From assembly GCF_003231495.1 (NCBI RefSeq), contig NZ_PQWO01000013.1, positions 136,901 to 168,900 of the forward strand: a stretch of 32,000 bases of DNA, read 5' to 3'. The stretch comes from Acaryochloris thomasi RCC1774 (GTDB taxonomy: Bacteria; Cyanobacteriota; Cyanobacteriia; Thermosynechococcales; Thermosynechococcaceae). How positions within the stretch are numbered: the first letter of the stretch is position 1; each line of letters begins with the position of its first letter. The translations under genes and the position numbers were made by a program. The notes below the pieces were generated by a model, which did not search any database, was not told the origin of the DNA, and worked only from the letters and a program-made list of their open reading frames with translations. Below, piece after piece: positions 24,882 to 32,000 of this stretch.

Positions 24882-26051
24882 TCAAAAGATGTCAGCAGGG
24901 TCGGCTGAGCGAAGTTTTCGCATTGCGATCGCACCTGAAGCCGAACACATCAAAATCGTCATAATCAACACCGTTACGGCTCGCTGCACCGTCATCGAAA
25001 TCGGCAACATCGTCGCGGCAAAGGCCAACTGATAGAGCCCCAAAGCCAAAAAAACGCTGGGCAAATAGCCAAGAAAGGCCAGCAGCAGCGCCTCTTGGAT
25101 CAGCACACCCAGCAGATAGTTATCGGTGTAGCCCATCGCCTTGAGCGTGGCGTATTCTGGCAGGTGCTCTGAAACATCGGAATAGAGAATTTGATAAACA
25201 ATGACAATGCCGACGATAAAACCCACCCCAACACCAAGACCAAAAATAAAACCAATGCCGGTCCCGTCGGACCAGTAGTCTCGTTCGATTTGGGCAAAGT
25301 CTTCGGTGGTTCCAATCAGCACATCATCGGGTAAAGCGGCAGCTAACTGAGCACGCACTCGGTCAATGTCAGCCCCCGACTTGAGATGAATTAAGCCCAC
25401 TTCAATCTGATTGGGACTGCGATTAGGAAAAAGCTGCAGAAAGGTTGAATCGCTTGTAATCACGTTGCCGTCTGCGGCAAAGGAGGCTCCGTTGGTGAAT
25501 ACACCATCCACCTCAATTAGCTTGCCGTTGAGTTCCGTTTTGAAGATGCCCGTTTGCTCAAATTGCTCAGCAGCGAATCCGTATTCAGGCCGTCCTGCCT
25601 GGTCAAACAGGACGCGATTGAGCGGTTGAATCTTATCAAGATTTTGATTGACCTCAGGGAAGTTAAATGAGGGTTCGACCGGATCAATTCCCCAGACTAA
25701 AATCGCGCGCTCTAGCTTTGTGTCAGGATTTTTCCATTGGCCCGTAGACACATAGATGCCGTTGACGGACTTCACATCGGGGTGGGCTAGCGTCTGGTAC
25801 AGGCGCTCCCGAGGGAAGGCTTTGACAGAGAACAACGTCTGCATCTGTGGGTTGGTCAGCACCAGATCTGCCTGCAGATTGCGGTGGGGCTTAATGGCGG
25901 CATCGTACAGTGCCCCCTCAAAGCCCATCTGAATAAAAATCAACATATCGGCAAAGGCAATACCTGCGATCGCAACCATCAATCGCGTCCGCTCCCGCGT
26001 CACCTGGAACCAGGCCAAGGGCGTTTTCTTGAGAAACTTAGGTCGCTGCAT
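24882..26051 (-). CDS. DevC-family ABC exporter permease (FtsX/MacB-type)
   Basis: 389 aa: N-terminal TM (LMVAIAGIAFADMLIFIQMGF), a roughly 220-aa periplasmic domain, then three C-terminal TMs including ATLKAMGY. This is the typical DevC/MacB topology. Confidence 0.88.
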   Translation of the reverse strand: MQRPKFLKKTPLAWFQVTRERTRLMVAIAGIAFADMLIFIQMGFEGALYDAAIKPHRNLQADLVLTNPQMQTLFSVKAFPRERLYQTLAHPDVKSVNGIYVSTGQWKNPDTKLERAILVWGIDPVEPSFNFPEVNQNLDKIQPLNRVLFDQAGRPEYGFAAEQFEQTGIFKTELNGKLIEVDGVFTNGASFAADGNVITSDSTFLQLFPNRSPNQIEVGLIHLKSGADIDRVRAQLAAALPDDVLIGTTEDFAQIERDYWSDGTGIGFIFGLGVGVGFIVGIVIVYQILYSDVSEHLPEYATLKAMGYTDNYLLGVLIQEALLLAFLGYLPSVFLALGLYQLAFAATMLPISMTVQRAVTVLIMTILMCSASGAIAMRKLRSADPADIF

Positions 26052-26129
26052 CAGTCCCTCCCGTTGACCGATCTATTGATGACGACGGCCTTCTTTTCAA
26101 ATCGAACGTTCGTTATCCCAAAAGTCATT

Positions 26130-27440
26130 TCAACGCCCCTTTGAGACTTGAATAATGGCCTGCACTTGCAGGTTGCTGAGGTTGGCAACCCGCTGGCTAT
26201 CTTTAGAATTAAGGGCAATTTTGACCTCCACCACCCGACGATCTAAGTTCTCGCCCGGATCGCCGCTAAAGACCTGCTGGCGGCTAATCTGACGGCCGAT
26301 CTCAATGACCTTACCCTGCAGTTCATCGTCGAAACCTTGGCCGCGTACAGTGACTGGCTGCCCCATTTCAACCCGGCTGATATCGCTTTGGTAAACCTCT
26401 GCGACAGCCAGCATCTGGCCGGTTTGGCCTAGGGCAACAATGCCCTCCGTACTCAACTGCTCACCGGGCTGCGTGTAAATCTTGAGAATCTGCCCTGCCC
26501 TGGGAGCCTTGATCGTCGCCCTAGAAAGATTCTTCTGCGCTTTGAGTAGAGATGCCTGAGCTGTTGCCACTTCGGCTTGAGCCACCTGAACATCAACAGG
26601 CCGCACTTCAGCCACTTCATCCAACCGAGAGCGAGCTGTCGCAAGCTGGGCTTGACCCGTGCTCCCTAGGCGAGCCAGTTCGGCACGGGCTTCTTTGAGT
26701 TGGCGCTGGGCCGTGGTGATGGTGCGCGATAGGACTGCTTGAGCCTGTTTTAGAGCTTGGCGGGTGGTATCCACACTGAGCTGCTTGCTATCAAAGAGCG
26801 AAGCTGAAACCGCGCCAGCCTCATAAAGAGATTTGTAACGCACCAGCTCTGTTTCAGCGGTGCGGAGCTCGGCTTGAAGCCTCTGTACTTCAGCGGTTTG
26901 GGCGTTGCGATCGCCTTCATACTGCGCCTCAACCCGCGAGATCGCTTCCCGCTGAACCCGTGACTGCCCTGCCAGCTCAGCCGACTGCTGAATCACAGTG
27001 GCTCTTTGGGCCTCAATCGCACCTGTTTTGGCTCCGGCCTGCACTTGAGCCAGTCCTGCCTGAGCGACGCGAAGCTGCGCTTGGGCTTGGGTTACTTCGT
27101 CCTCAAGGCGGTCATGGGAATCTAAAACGGCAATCGGATCACCCGGCTCAACCGTGTCCCCGACCTGCACGAGCAGATCGGCGAGGCGATCGCCATCCAA
27201 CGCCAGCGGAGCTGCAATTTCAACAATTTCTCCGGTTGGCTCCAGTCGCCCCAGCGCTGCCACGCTCGGCAATTCTGAAGTCTGAGCTGTGATAGATTCT
27301 GAAGACTGAGTGGCAATCCATCCCCCTTGAGAGAGACCGATGGAGACAATACCTCCGGTGACGGCAAGGCCTGCAAATACGGTACCGAGTAGCCAGGGCT
27401 TCGGCTTAAGCTTGAGCGGAAGACTGTTCATAGCTAACAA
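26130..27440 (-). CDS. DevB-family membrane fusion protein (HlyD-like)
   Basis: 436 aa: N-terminal TM anchor, lipoyl-like VGDTVEPGDPIAVLD, a long A/Q-rich coiled coil (QAQAQLRVAQAGLAQVQAG...), and a beta-barrel C-terminal part. The start may be 27431. Confidence 0.88.
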   Translation of the reverse strand: MLAMNSLPLKLKPKPWLLGTVFAGLAVTGGIVSIGLSQGGWIATQSSESITAQTSELPSVAALGRLEPTGEIVEIAAPLALDGDRLADLLVQVGDTVEPGDPIAVLDSHDRLEDEVTQAQAQLRVAQAGLAQVQAGAKTGAIEAQRATVIQQSAELAGQSRVQREAISRVEAQYEGDRNAQTAEVQRLQAELRTAETELVRYKSLYEAGAVSASLFDSKQLSVDTTRQALKQAQAVLSRTITTAQRQLKEARAELARLGSTGQAQLATARSRLDEVAEVRPVDVQVAQAEVATAQASLLKAQKNLSRATIKAPRAGQILKIYTQPGEQLSTEGIVALGQTGQMLAVAEVYQSDISRVEMGQPVTVRGQGFDDELQGKVIEIGRQISRQQVFSGDPGENLDRRVVEVKIALNSKDSQRVANLSNLQVQAIIQVSKGR

Positions 27441-27993
27441 TCATTTGGATCATAAGTTGACTTTGGTGCTGGAGCCAGTTGGCATCTTGGGTCTCTCGGT
27501 TGTAGATGTACTGAACAATCAGGCCATCGATGAATACCATTAGAAAGTCGGCCATCGCAGCATCAGAAAGCTGCAGGTATTCCGTCAAGGCATCGCGGCT
27601 CCGGTTCCAGACCTGACGCAGAAAATTGACTTGTTCGTGGCCTTCTTTCTGGGTTTGCTGAAAGAAATCAACCCACAGCAATAGTTGCTGCTGGTAATGC
27701 TGCAGATGCATAAAAACAAAATCCATAATCGCCTGAAGACGAGCCTCTAGCGTTTTTGCTTCAGGCGCTTGGGCCAAGAAGCTAGAGATATCCTGTTCAC
27801 ACAGCTCCTGAACGAGCTGTACAAAAATAGTCTCCTTGCTTTCGAAGTAGTGATACAGCGTTCCGGTCGAAACGCTCAACCCCTCAGCAATCTGCCGCAT
27901 GGTGATCGAACCGTAGCCCTTTTGAGCGAAGAGTTCAGCACATCCGTTGAGCAATTCTTTGCGATAACGCTCGTGATCAACAACCTTGGGCAT
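27406..27993 (-). CDS. TetR/AcrR family transcriptional repressor
   Basis: HTH region ELFAQKGYGSITMRQIAEGLSVSTGTLYHYFESKETIF. Start chosen at MPKVVDHERYRK (cat 27991-27993); the ORF track allows 28020. The 3' end overlaps the devB start by about 26-35 nt. Confidence 0.9.
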   Translation of the reverse strand: MPKVVDHERYRKELLNGCAELFAQKGYGSITMRQIAEGLSVSTGTLYHYFESKETIFVQLVQELCEQDISSFLAQAPEAKTLEARLQAIMDFVFMHLQHYQQQLLLWVDFFQQTQKEGHEQVNFLRQVWNRSRDALTEYLQLSDAAMADFLMVFIDGLIVQYIYNRETQDANWLQHQSQLMIQMIVSYEQSSAQA

Positions 27994-28024
27994 GGACAAC
28001 GATGTAAACAACCAGAGCATTTTA

Positions 28025-28074
28025 CTACCTCGACTTATTTATAACATATGTTCGTTATAAATAAGTCGAGGTAG
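28025..28074. promoter_or_regulatory. Perfect 21-bp inverted repeat with 8-bp spacer, candidate TetR operator / promoter-overlapping palindrome
   Basis: CTACCTCGACTTATTTATAAC (28025-28045) - atatgttc - GTTATAAATAAGTCGAGGTAG (28054-28074). The arms are exact reverse complements. It lies about 31 nt upstream of the tetR ATG at 27993. On the minus strand it contains TATAAA, a -10-like hexamer. Confidence 0.5.
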
Positions 28075-28150
28075 TTTGTTCTAGGTCGAGTCTCATTTGG
28101 GTCGCTCGTGAATATGCTGTCGGTGCTGAAGAGTAAGTGGGTAGATAGAC

Positions 28151-28489
28151 TTAAGAGGCACTGTCAAGCCGCCCAACAGCAATATTGAACAGTGGTTCAT
28201 GGCGCAAAAAATCGTGATCTAGCAGATCTTCGCAGCCTTGGGCAATACCATAGATGCGTTGGGCTATGAGATCCGATAAAGAGTGCTGAATCCGTTTGGG
28301 GTTACGCAGATCGCTGAAGCAGTTTGCAAAGCACTGGGTCAGTTGAAAGTGTTCATCGACTTGCTTAATCAGAAGAAGCCCTCCACCACTGGTAAGGCTA
28401 CCTCCATTGAAATCAGCCATGATCTCGCGGTTGTCTAGCTTGCCAAAAAGGTGTAGCTGCGAAGAACACTCAGTTGGGATTAAAGGCAT
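28151..28489 (-). pseudogene. IS1380-family (IS4-like DDE) transposase, N-terminal 112-aa remnant
   Basis: ADFNGGSLTSGGGLLLIKQVDEHFQL..DLRNPKRIQHSLSDLIAQRIYGIAQGCEDLLDHDFLRHEPLF matches the N-terminal block I remember for this family (DFDGGxLTSDxGxLLLRE..D.R....H....L.QR..GIAxGYEDxNDHDxLRxDP). As I recall, intact transposases of this family are several-fold longer and include a DDE catalytic domain, which is absent here. Confidence 0.7.
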
Positions 28490-28712
28490 GAGATCAAGTT
28501 GCTAGATGTTATGTCTTCACTGCATTCTCGCTGTTTTTGATTCACCTTTTCAATCGGATTTATCTATCCAGGCTTACCTTAATTCAATTGCTTTTCACGA
28601 TAGAGTGGTGTTGGGATGTTCTCTCACTGATGTTGCCTAATCACCAACGAAAAGCAGAAGAAGATACTTTGCTATCCCTAAAATTTAGTCGTCTCAAGAA
28701 GTAGTATTCATC

Positions 28713-29360
28713 ATGCTGATTCCAGATCTTATGCTTGCCTTTCAAGAAGGGCATAAGCTTGCTCTTGATACTGAAGAAGTTGTTTTTTCTCCTTTTTTTG
28801 TTGGCGATCTGGTCGTCGTCTCAGGAGAAATAATGGCAGCAGATCCCCTAGTACGATTTGCTGAAGCCCCCTTTGAATTATCAGTAGAGCCAGGGCATTA
28901 CCCAGTTACATTAAGTCTTGCTAATTTCTGCAGTCGTTCATATAAGGAGGAGCGCGTTGCTTATGCAATGTTAACTATTCAGGAAACTTATCCAGTTAAA
29001 TGGGAAATTGCAAAATGTAGTCGCTTAGTTGACGGTGTCCCCATCAGTCATAAAGATGAGGGTTATGCTGTTGACTCAGCTACTGGAAGTTTTATGGATA
29101 CTGAGGTTGAGCAGATTTTACTGGACAAAGAACTAATTCAACCAGAGGAAGAGACTCCTTGGTATAAACTCATAGAACTACTAGAAGAGAATTGGAAAAG
29201 ATCTCCAGCAAGTTGGGCAAATCTTTGTGTAGATGAAGACCACCAAGGGAATGTAATAGCATTTACTTCGGGCTGGGGAGATGGTAGCTATACTAGCTAT
29301 TTCGGATACAGTGTGGATGGTGAAGTATCTAGAATTGTCACTGATTTTTGTGTATTTTAA
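28713..29360 (+). CDS. DUF4241 domain protein
   Basis: 215 aa. VDSATGSFMD and the C-terminal AFTSGWGDGSYTSYFGYSVDGEVSRIVTDF match the family signature as I remember it. The gene is visibly lower in GC than its neighbours (21 G/C of 60 in 28741-28800 by my count). Confidence 0.75.
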   Translation: MLIPDLMLAFQEGHKLALDTEEVVFSPFFVGDLVVVSGEIMAADPLVRFAEAPFELSVEPGHYPVTLSLANFCSRSYKEERVAYAMLTIQETYPVKWEIAKCSRLVDGVPISHKDEGYAVDSATGSFMDTEVEQILLDKELIQPEEETPWYKLIELLEENWKRSPASWANLCVDEDHQGNVIAFTSGWGDGSYTSYFGYSVDGEVSRIVTDFCVF

Positions 29361-29605
29361 GATATCAACATATGTCAATATTTCTATAATTGATCTACTG
29401 AATAACATCCAATTTTCCTGATTGAATATTATGATTTTCTAGCTCTTTCAAAGCCTCTAGCACTAATCCTGGATGCATCACAACGATGGGAGTCTTTGTC
29501 GAGAGCACTGTACAGACTGATTCTAAATTAATAGGCTAATCATACACACTATTGTATTTTCTGTGTCATTGAAACCTATTCAGGCAAATCTTTTTAAGCT
29601 ATTTT

Positions 29606-30277
29606 TTAAAGGTGTTTGAGAGAAATGCAGGATGTAGTACGCGTGTAATTCTCGATGGCGTTGGGGATGGTAATTTCGGACGGTAAGCGCGGATCGGGCT
29701 TTGGTGCAGTGGTGGTGAGCTGTAAAGGCAATACCCCTGCCCATACCGGAAGTTGATAATCGGCTTCATCATCAAGGGGTGGGCCAGTGCGAATTTTAGC
29801 GGAGGCTTCTGTTAGTGGCAATGTAAGGACGAGCGTTCCTTTCAGCTCTTGGGATGTGGGGGGTCTCACGTCAGACCAGCGTTGGGGGACGACATGATCC
29901 GTGAAGGCTTTGAGGGCCTGCCACTTTTCTTCAGGATCAGTGACGGTGGTCGCGGCACCAAAGATGACGACTGAGCGATAGTTCATGGAATGGTGATAGG
30001 CAGAGCGTGCGAGAACGAGGCCGTCTAAGAGGGTAATAGTGACACAGATCTCTAGGTTGGTTTGGAGCGATCGCAACATTCGACTCGCTGGTGAACCGTG
30101 TATGTAAAGCCGGTCGCCCACTCGACCGTAGGCCGTCGGAATCACAATAGGCTGACCGTCAGAGACAAATCCGACATGGCAAACCAAAGCTTCATCTAAA
30201 ATCTGATAGATCACATCAAGATCGTATTCACCCCGCTGGGGAGTACGGCGGACCTGGGTTCGAGAGGTTGGCTGCAT
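29606..30277 (-). CDS. Pyridoxamine 5'-phosphate oxidase-like FMN-binding protein (Pyridox_ox_2/NimA-like)
   Basis: 223 aa: RRTPQRGEYDLDVIYQILDEALVCHVGFVSDGQPIVIPTAYGRVGDRLYIHGSPASR. Confidence 0.8.
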   Translation of the reverse strand: MQPTSRTQVRRTPQRGEYDLDVIYQILDEALVCHVGFVSDGQPIVIPTAYGRVGDRLYIHGSPASRMLRSLQTNLEICVTITLLDGLVLARSAYHHSMNYRSVVIFGAATTVTDPEEKWQALKAFTDHVVPQRWSDVRPPTSQELKGTLVLTLPLTEASAKIRTGPPLDDEADYQLPVWAGVLPLQLTTTAPKPDPRLPSEITIPNAIENYTRTTSCISLKHL

Positions 30278-30371
30278 TGTTGTGATCTCTACTTTGGGGT
30301 AACTGCTGCCAATCTAAGGGCATAACTGGACTGATTCAAGAGCCAATTTTATTATTGTATATAAGTCCACT

Positions 30372-31865
30372 TTGAGATTTAGCGTTGTGTACAGTGATTT
30401 AGCTATTCACCTTGACGGCGATCAGCCACTGCAGCAGCAGCTTTACCGAGAACTGCGGCGGGCAATCTTGGGCGGCCGGCTATTGCCGAAGCAGAAAATT
30501 CCCTCAACGCGATCTCTAGCCCAATCCCTTGGCATCTCGCGGACCACTGTCACCCTCTGTTATGAACAGCTTCTAAGCGAAGGATACCTGGAAGCTGTGG
30601 TGGGTTCTGGGACCTACGTCTGTGCCCAGATTCCTGACGATTTGCTGCAGTCGGAGGCTGCCGTTGCAGCAGACTCACATCCAGCTCTGCCGCTCCAGCT
30701 CTCGCAATATGGCGCAGTGCTGGAGGAGACAGATCTGTCGCGCCCACCCGAGCCAGAAGTTCCCTTCAGCTTTCGCTATGGTAGGCCTGCGCTTGATCAG
30801 TTTCCACGAAAGCTGTGGCGGAAGTTACTGTCTCAGCGCTGTACAGCAGCAGATTGGTTGGATTATACGATTGATCCACTGGGCTACTATCCGCTGCGTG
30901 AGCAGATTGCCCAGTACCTCGCCCGAGCGCGAGCGGTGCAGTGCATACCAGAGCAAATCGTGATCACAAATGGCTCCCAGCAGGCGCTGGATTTGATTCT
31001 ACGGTTGTTGATCGATCCGGGGGATGCGATCGCAATGGAAGATCCAGGCTACCCAAGTGCCCGCCAGTTATTCTTGACTCAGGGCGCAACGATTATCCCT
31101 GTTACTGTTGATGAAGCTGGACTGCGGGTTTGTGACCTGCCCCAGGGGCTTGCAATCAAGCTGGTGCATGTGACGCCCTCCCATCAGTTTCCGACTGGGG
31201 CAATTCTATCGCTGCCGCGTCGATTGGAGCTGTTGGCCTGGGTGCAGCAGCGGGGAGCGCTGATCATTGAAGATGATTACGACAGTGAATATCGCTACGG
31301 CGAGCGTCCGATTCCGGCCCTTCAGGGCCTCGATCATAGCGGGTCCGTTTTATACATCGGTACCTTTTCTAAGGTGCTGTTTCCGTCGCTTCGGATCGGT
31401 TACTTAGTGTTGCCCCAGCGTTTGGTGGCCTTGTTTGGAAAGGCCAAGTGGCTTTGCGATCGCCAGCTCCCTCTCTTAGAACAACAAGTTCTCACAGATT
31501 TTATACAAGGTGGCCATCTAGAGCAGCATATTCGGCGGATGCGATCGCTCTACGATCAGCGACGACAGACGATTGTTTCTGCACTTAACCACCACTTCGG
31601 CAAGCGGGTTTTGATCATGGGGGAGCAAGCCGGTATTCATGTGATGATCAAACTTCAGACCTCGCTTTCTGACCAAGCTGTGGTCGAGCGGGGAGCGCAA
31701 GTGGGCGTAGGCCTAATGTCAGCTCAGAGCCACTACCTCAACCCACACCACACTGGAGAATTTATTTTTGGTTATGCAGAACTGTCCGCAGAGGATATTA
31801 AGGTGGGCATTCGCCGATTGGCTCAGGTTTTGACTTTGAGAGGAAATGATTTACCGTCTGGGTAG
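30372..31865 (+). CDS. MocR/PdxR-type regulator (GntR HTH fused to PLP-dependent aminotransferase-like domain)
   Basis: 497 aa (TTG start in the track; GTG at 30387 is an alternative). HTH region LPSTRSLAQSLGISRTTVTLCYEQLLSEGYL, then an aminotransferase fold (VTPSHQFPTG, IIEDDYDSEYRY, GTFSKVLFPSLRIGY with the PLP-lysine context SK). Confidence 0.9.
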   Translation: MRFSVVYSDLAIHLDGDQPLQQQLYRELRRAILGGRLLPKQKIPSTRSLAQSLGISRTTVTLCYEQLLSEGYLEAVVGSGTYVCAQIPDDLLQSEAAVAADSHPALPLQLSQYGAVLEETDLSRPPEPEVPFSFRYGRPALDQFPRKLWRKLLSQRCTAADWLDYTIDPLGYYPLREQIAQYLARARAVQCIPEQIVITNGSQQALDLILRLLIDPGDAIAMEDPGYPSARQLFLTQGATIIPVTVDEAGLRVCDLPQGLAIKLVHVTPSHQFPTGAILSLPRRLELLAWVQQRGALIIEDDYDSEYRYGERPIPALQGLDHSGSVLYIGTFSKVLFPSLRIGYLVLPQRLVALFGKAKWLCDRQLPLLEQQVLTDFIQGGHLEQHIRRMRSLYDQRRQTIVSALNHHFGKRVLIMGEQAGIHVMIKLQTSLSDQAVVERGAQVGVGLMSAQSHYLNPHHTGEFIFGYAELSAEDIKVGIRRLAQVLTLRGNDLPSG

Positions 31866-32000
31866 TCCTAAATGGGTAAGGATATTCTATCGATAAGGGG
31901 ATGTATGTTCTCCTATGCTTATGCGAGTGTTGACTCGTCGTCATCCATCGTTTTCCGTGTCTTCTGCTCTACCAGCGTGTCCCAACTGTGCCTCTGAGAA

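Noticed and set aside
26453-27376. Several 60-110-aa ORFs within or antisense to devB
   Set aside because: They are shadow ORFs of the A/Q-rich coiled-coil region and are out of frame with the supported MFP gene.
23194-27440. DevBCA pump as the dedicated exporter of the RTX proteins at 1-12519
   Set aside because: RTX substrates use HlyB-type fused ABC exporters, not MacB/FtsX-type permeases. The pump is also more than 10 kb away, separated by housekeeping genes, and has its own regulators.
31921-32000. Open plus-strand frame at the right edge (MRVLTRRHPSFSVSSALPACPNCASE...)
   Set aside because: Only 26 codons are visible and a competing 31-aa frame starts at 31905. That is too little sequence to call a gene.
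1-32000. Search for CRISPR arrays, rRNA genes, prophage or defence-system hallmarks, and reverse transcriptases
   Set aside because: I found no regularly spaced direct repeats with unique spacers, no rRNA-like sequence, and no nuclease/helicase/RT gene sets. The only tandem repeats are coding (the RTX repeats and the AP-domain duplication).

Overview
Cyanobacterial chromosomal window: at least 16 exact HIP1 palindromes (GCGATCGC), a pdhB-secD-secF housekeeping block and a tRNA-Ala. Bases 1-12519 hold two co-oriented minus-strand giant genes encoding mosaic extracellular phosphoesterases. The left one is partial, is missing from the ORF track because its frame runs off the window edge, and has 2 alkaline-phosphatase-like domains, a phytase-like domain and a GlpQ-type GDPD domain. 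The right one is 2439 aa: a split beta-propeller with a nested phytase-like domain, an ExeM/NucH-type EEP nuclease, a UshA-type 5'-nucleotidase and about 12 RTX repeats. Neither has an N-terminal signal peptide. A roughly 1-kb very AT-rich spacer between them carries 11-bp-periodic TTAA-core repeats resembling the cyanobacterial Pho box. I consider this pair the most interesting candidate system: a fused, probably Ca-dependent, type-I-secreted locus for breaking down organic phosphorus. Bases 18.7-29.4 kb look accessory. They are bracketed by two decayed transposase genes (IS110-like, IS1380-like) and contain a class D beta-lactamase, a GNAT and a seven-gene same-strand cluster (TetR, DevB, DevC, DUF4336-like, DevA, HisKA_3 kinase, NarL regulator). 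A perfect 21-bp inverted repeat lies in front of tetR, and a low-GC DUF4241 gene follows the cluster. The window ends with a divergent PNPOx-like/MocR pair. I saw no CRISPR array, rRNA or intact mobile element. All family calls come from by-eye motif recognition; no searches were run and domain borders are approximate.
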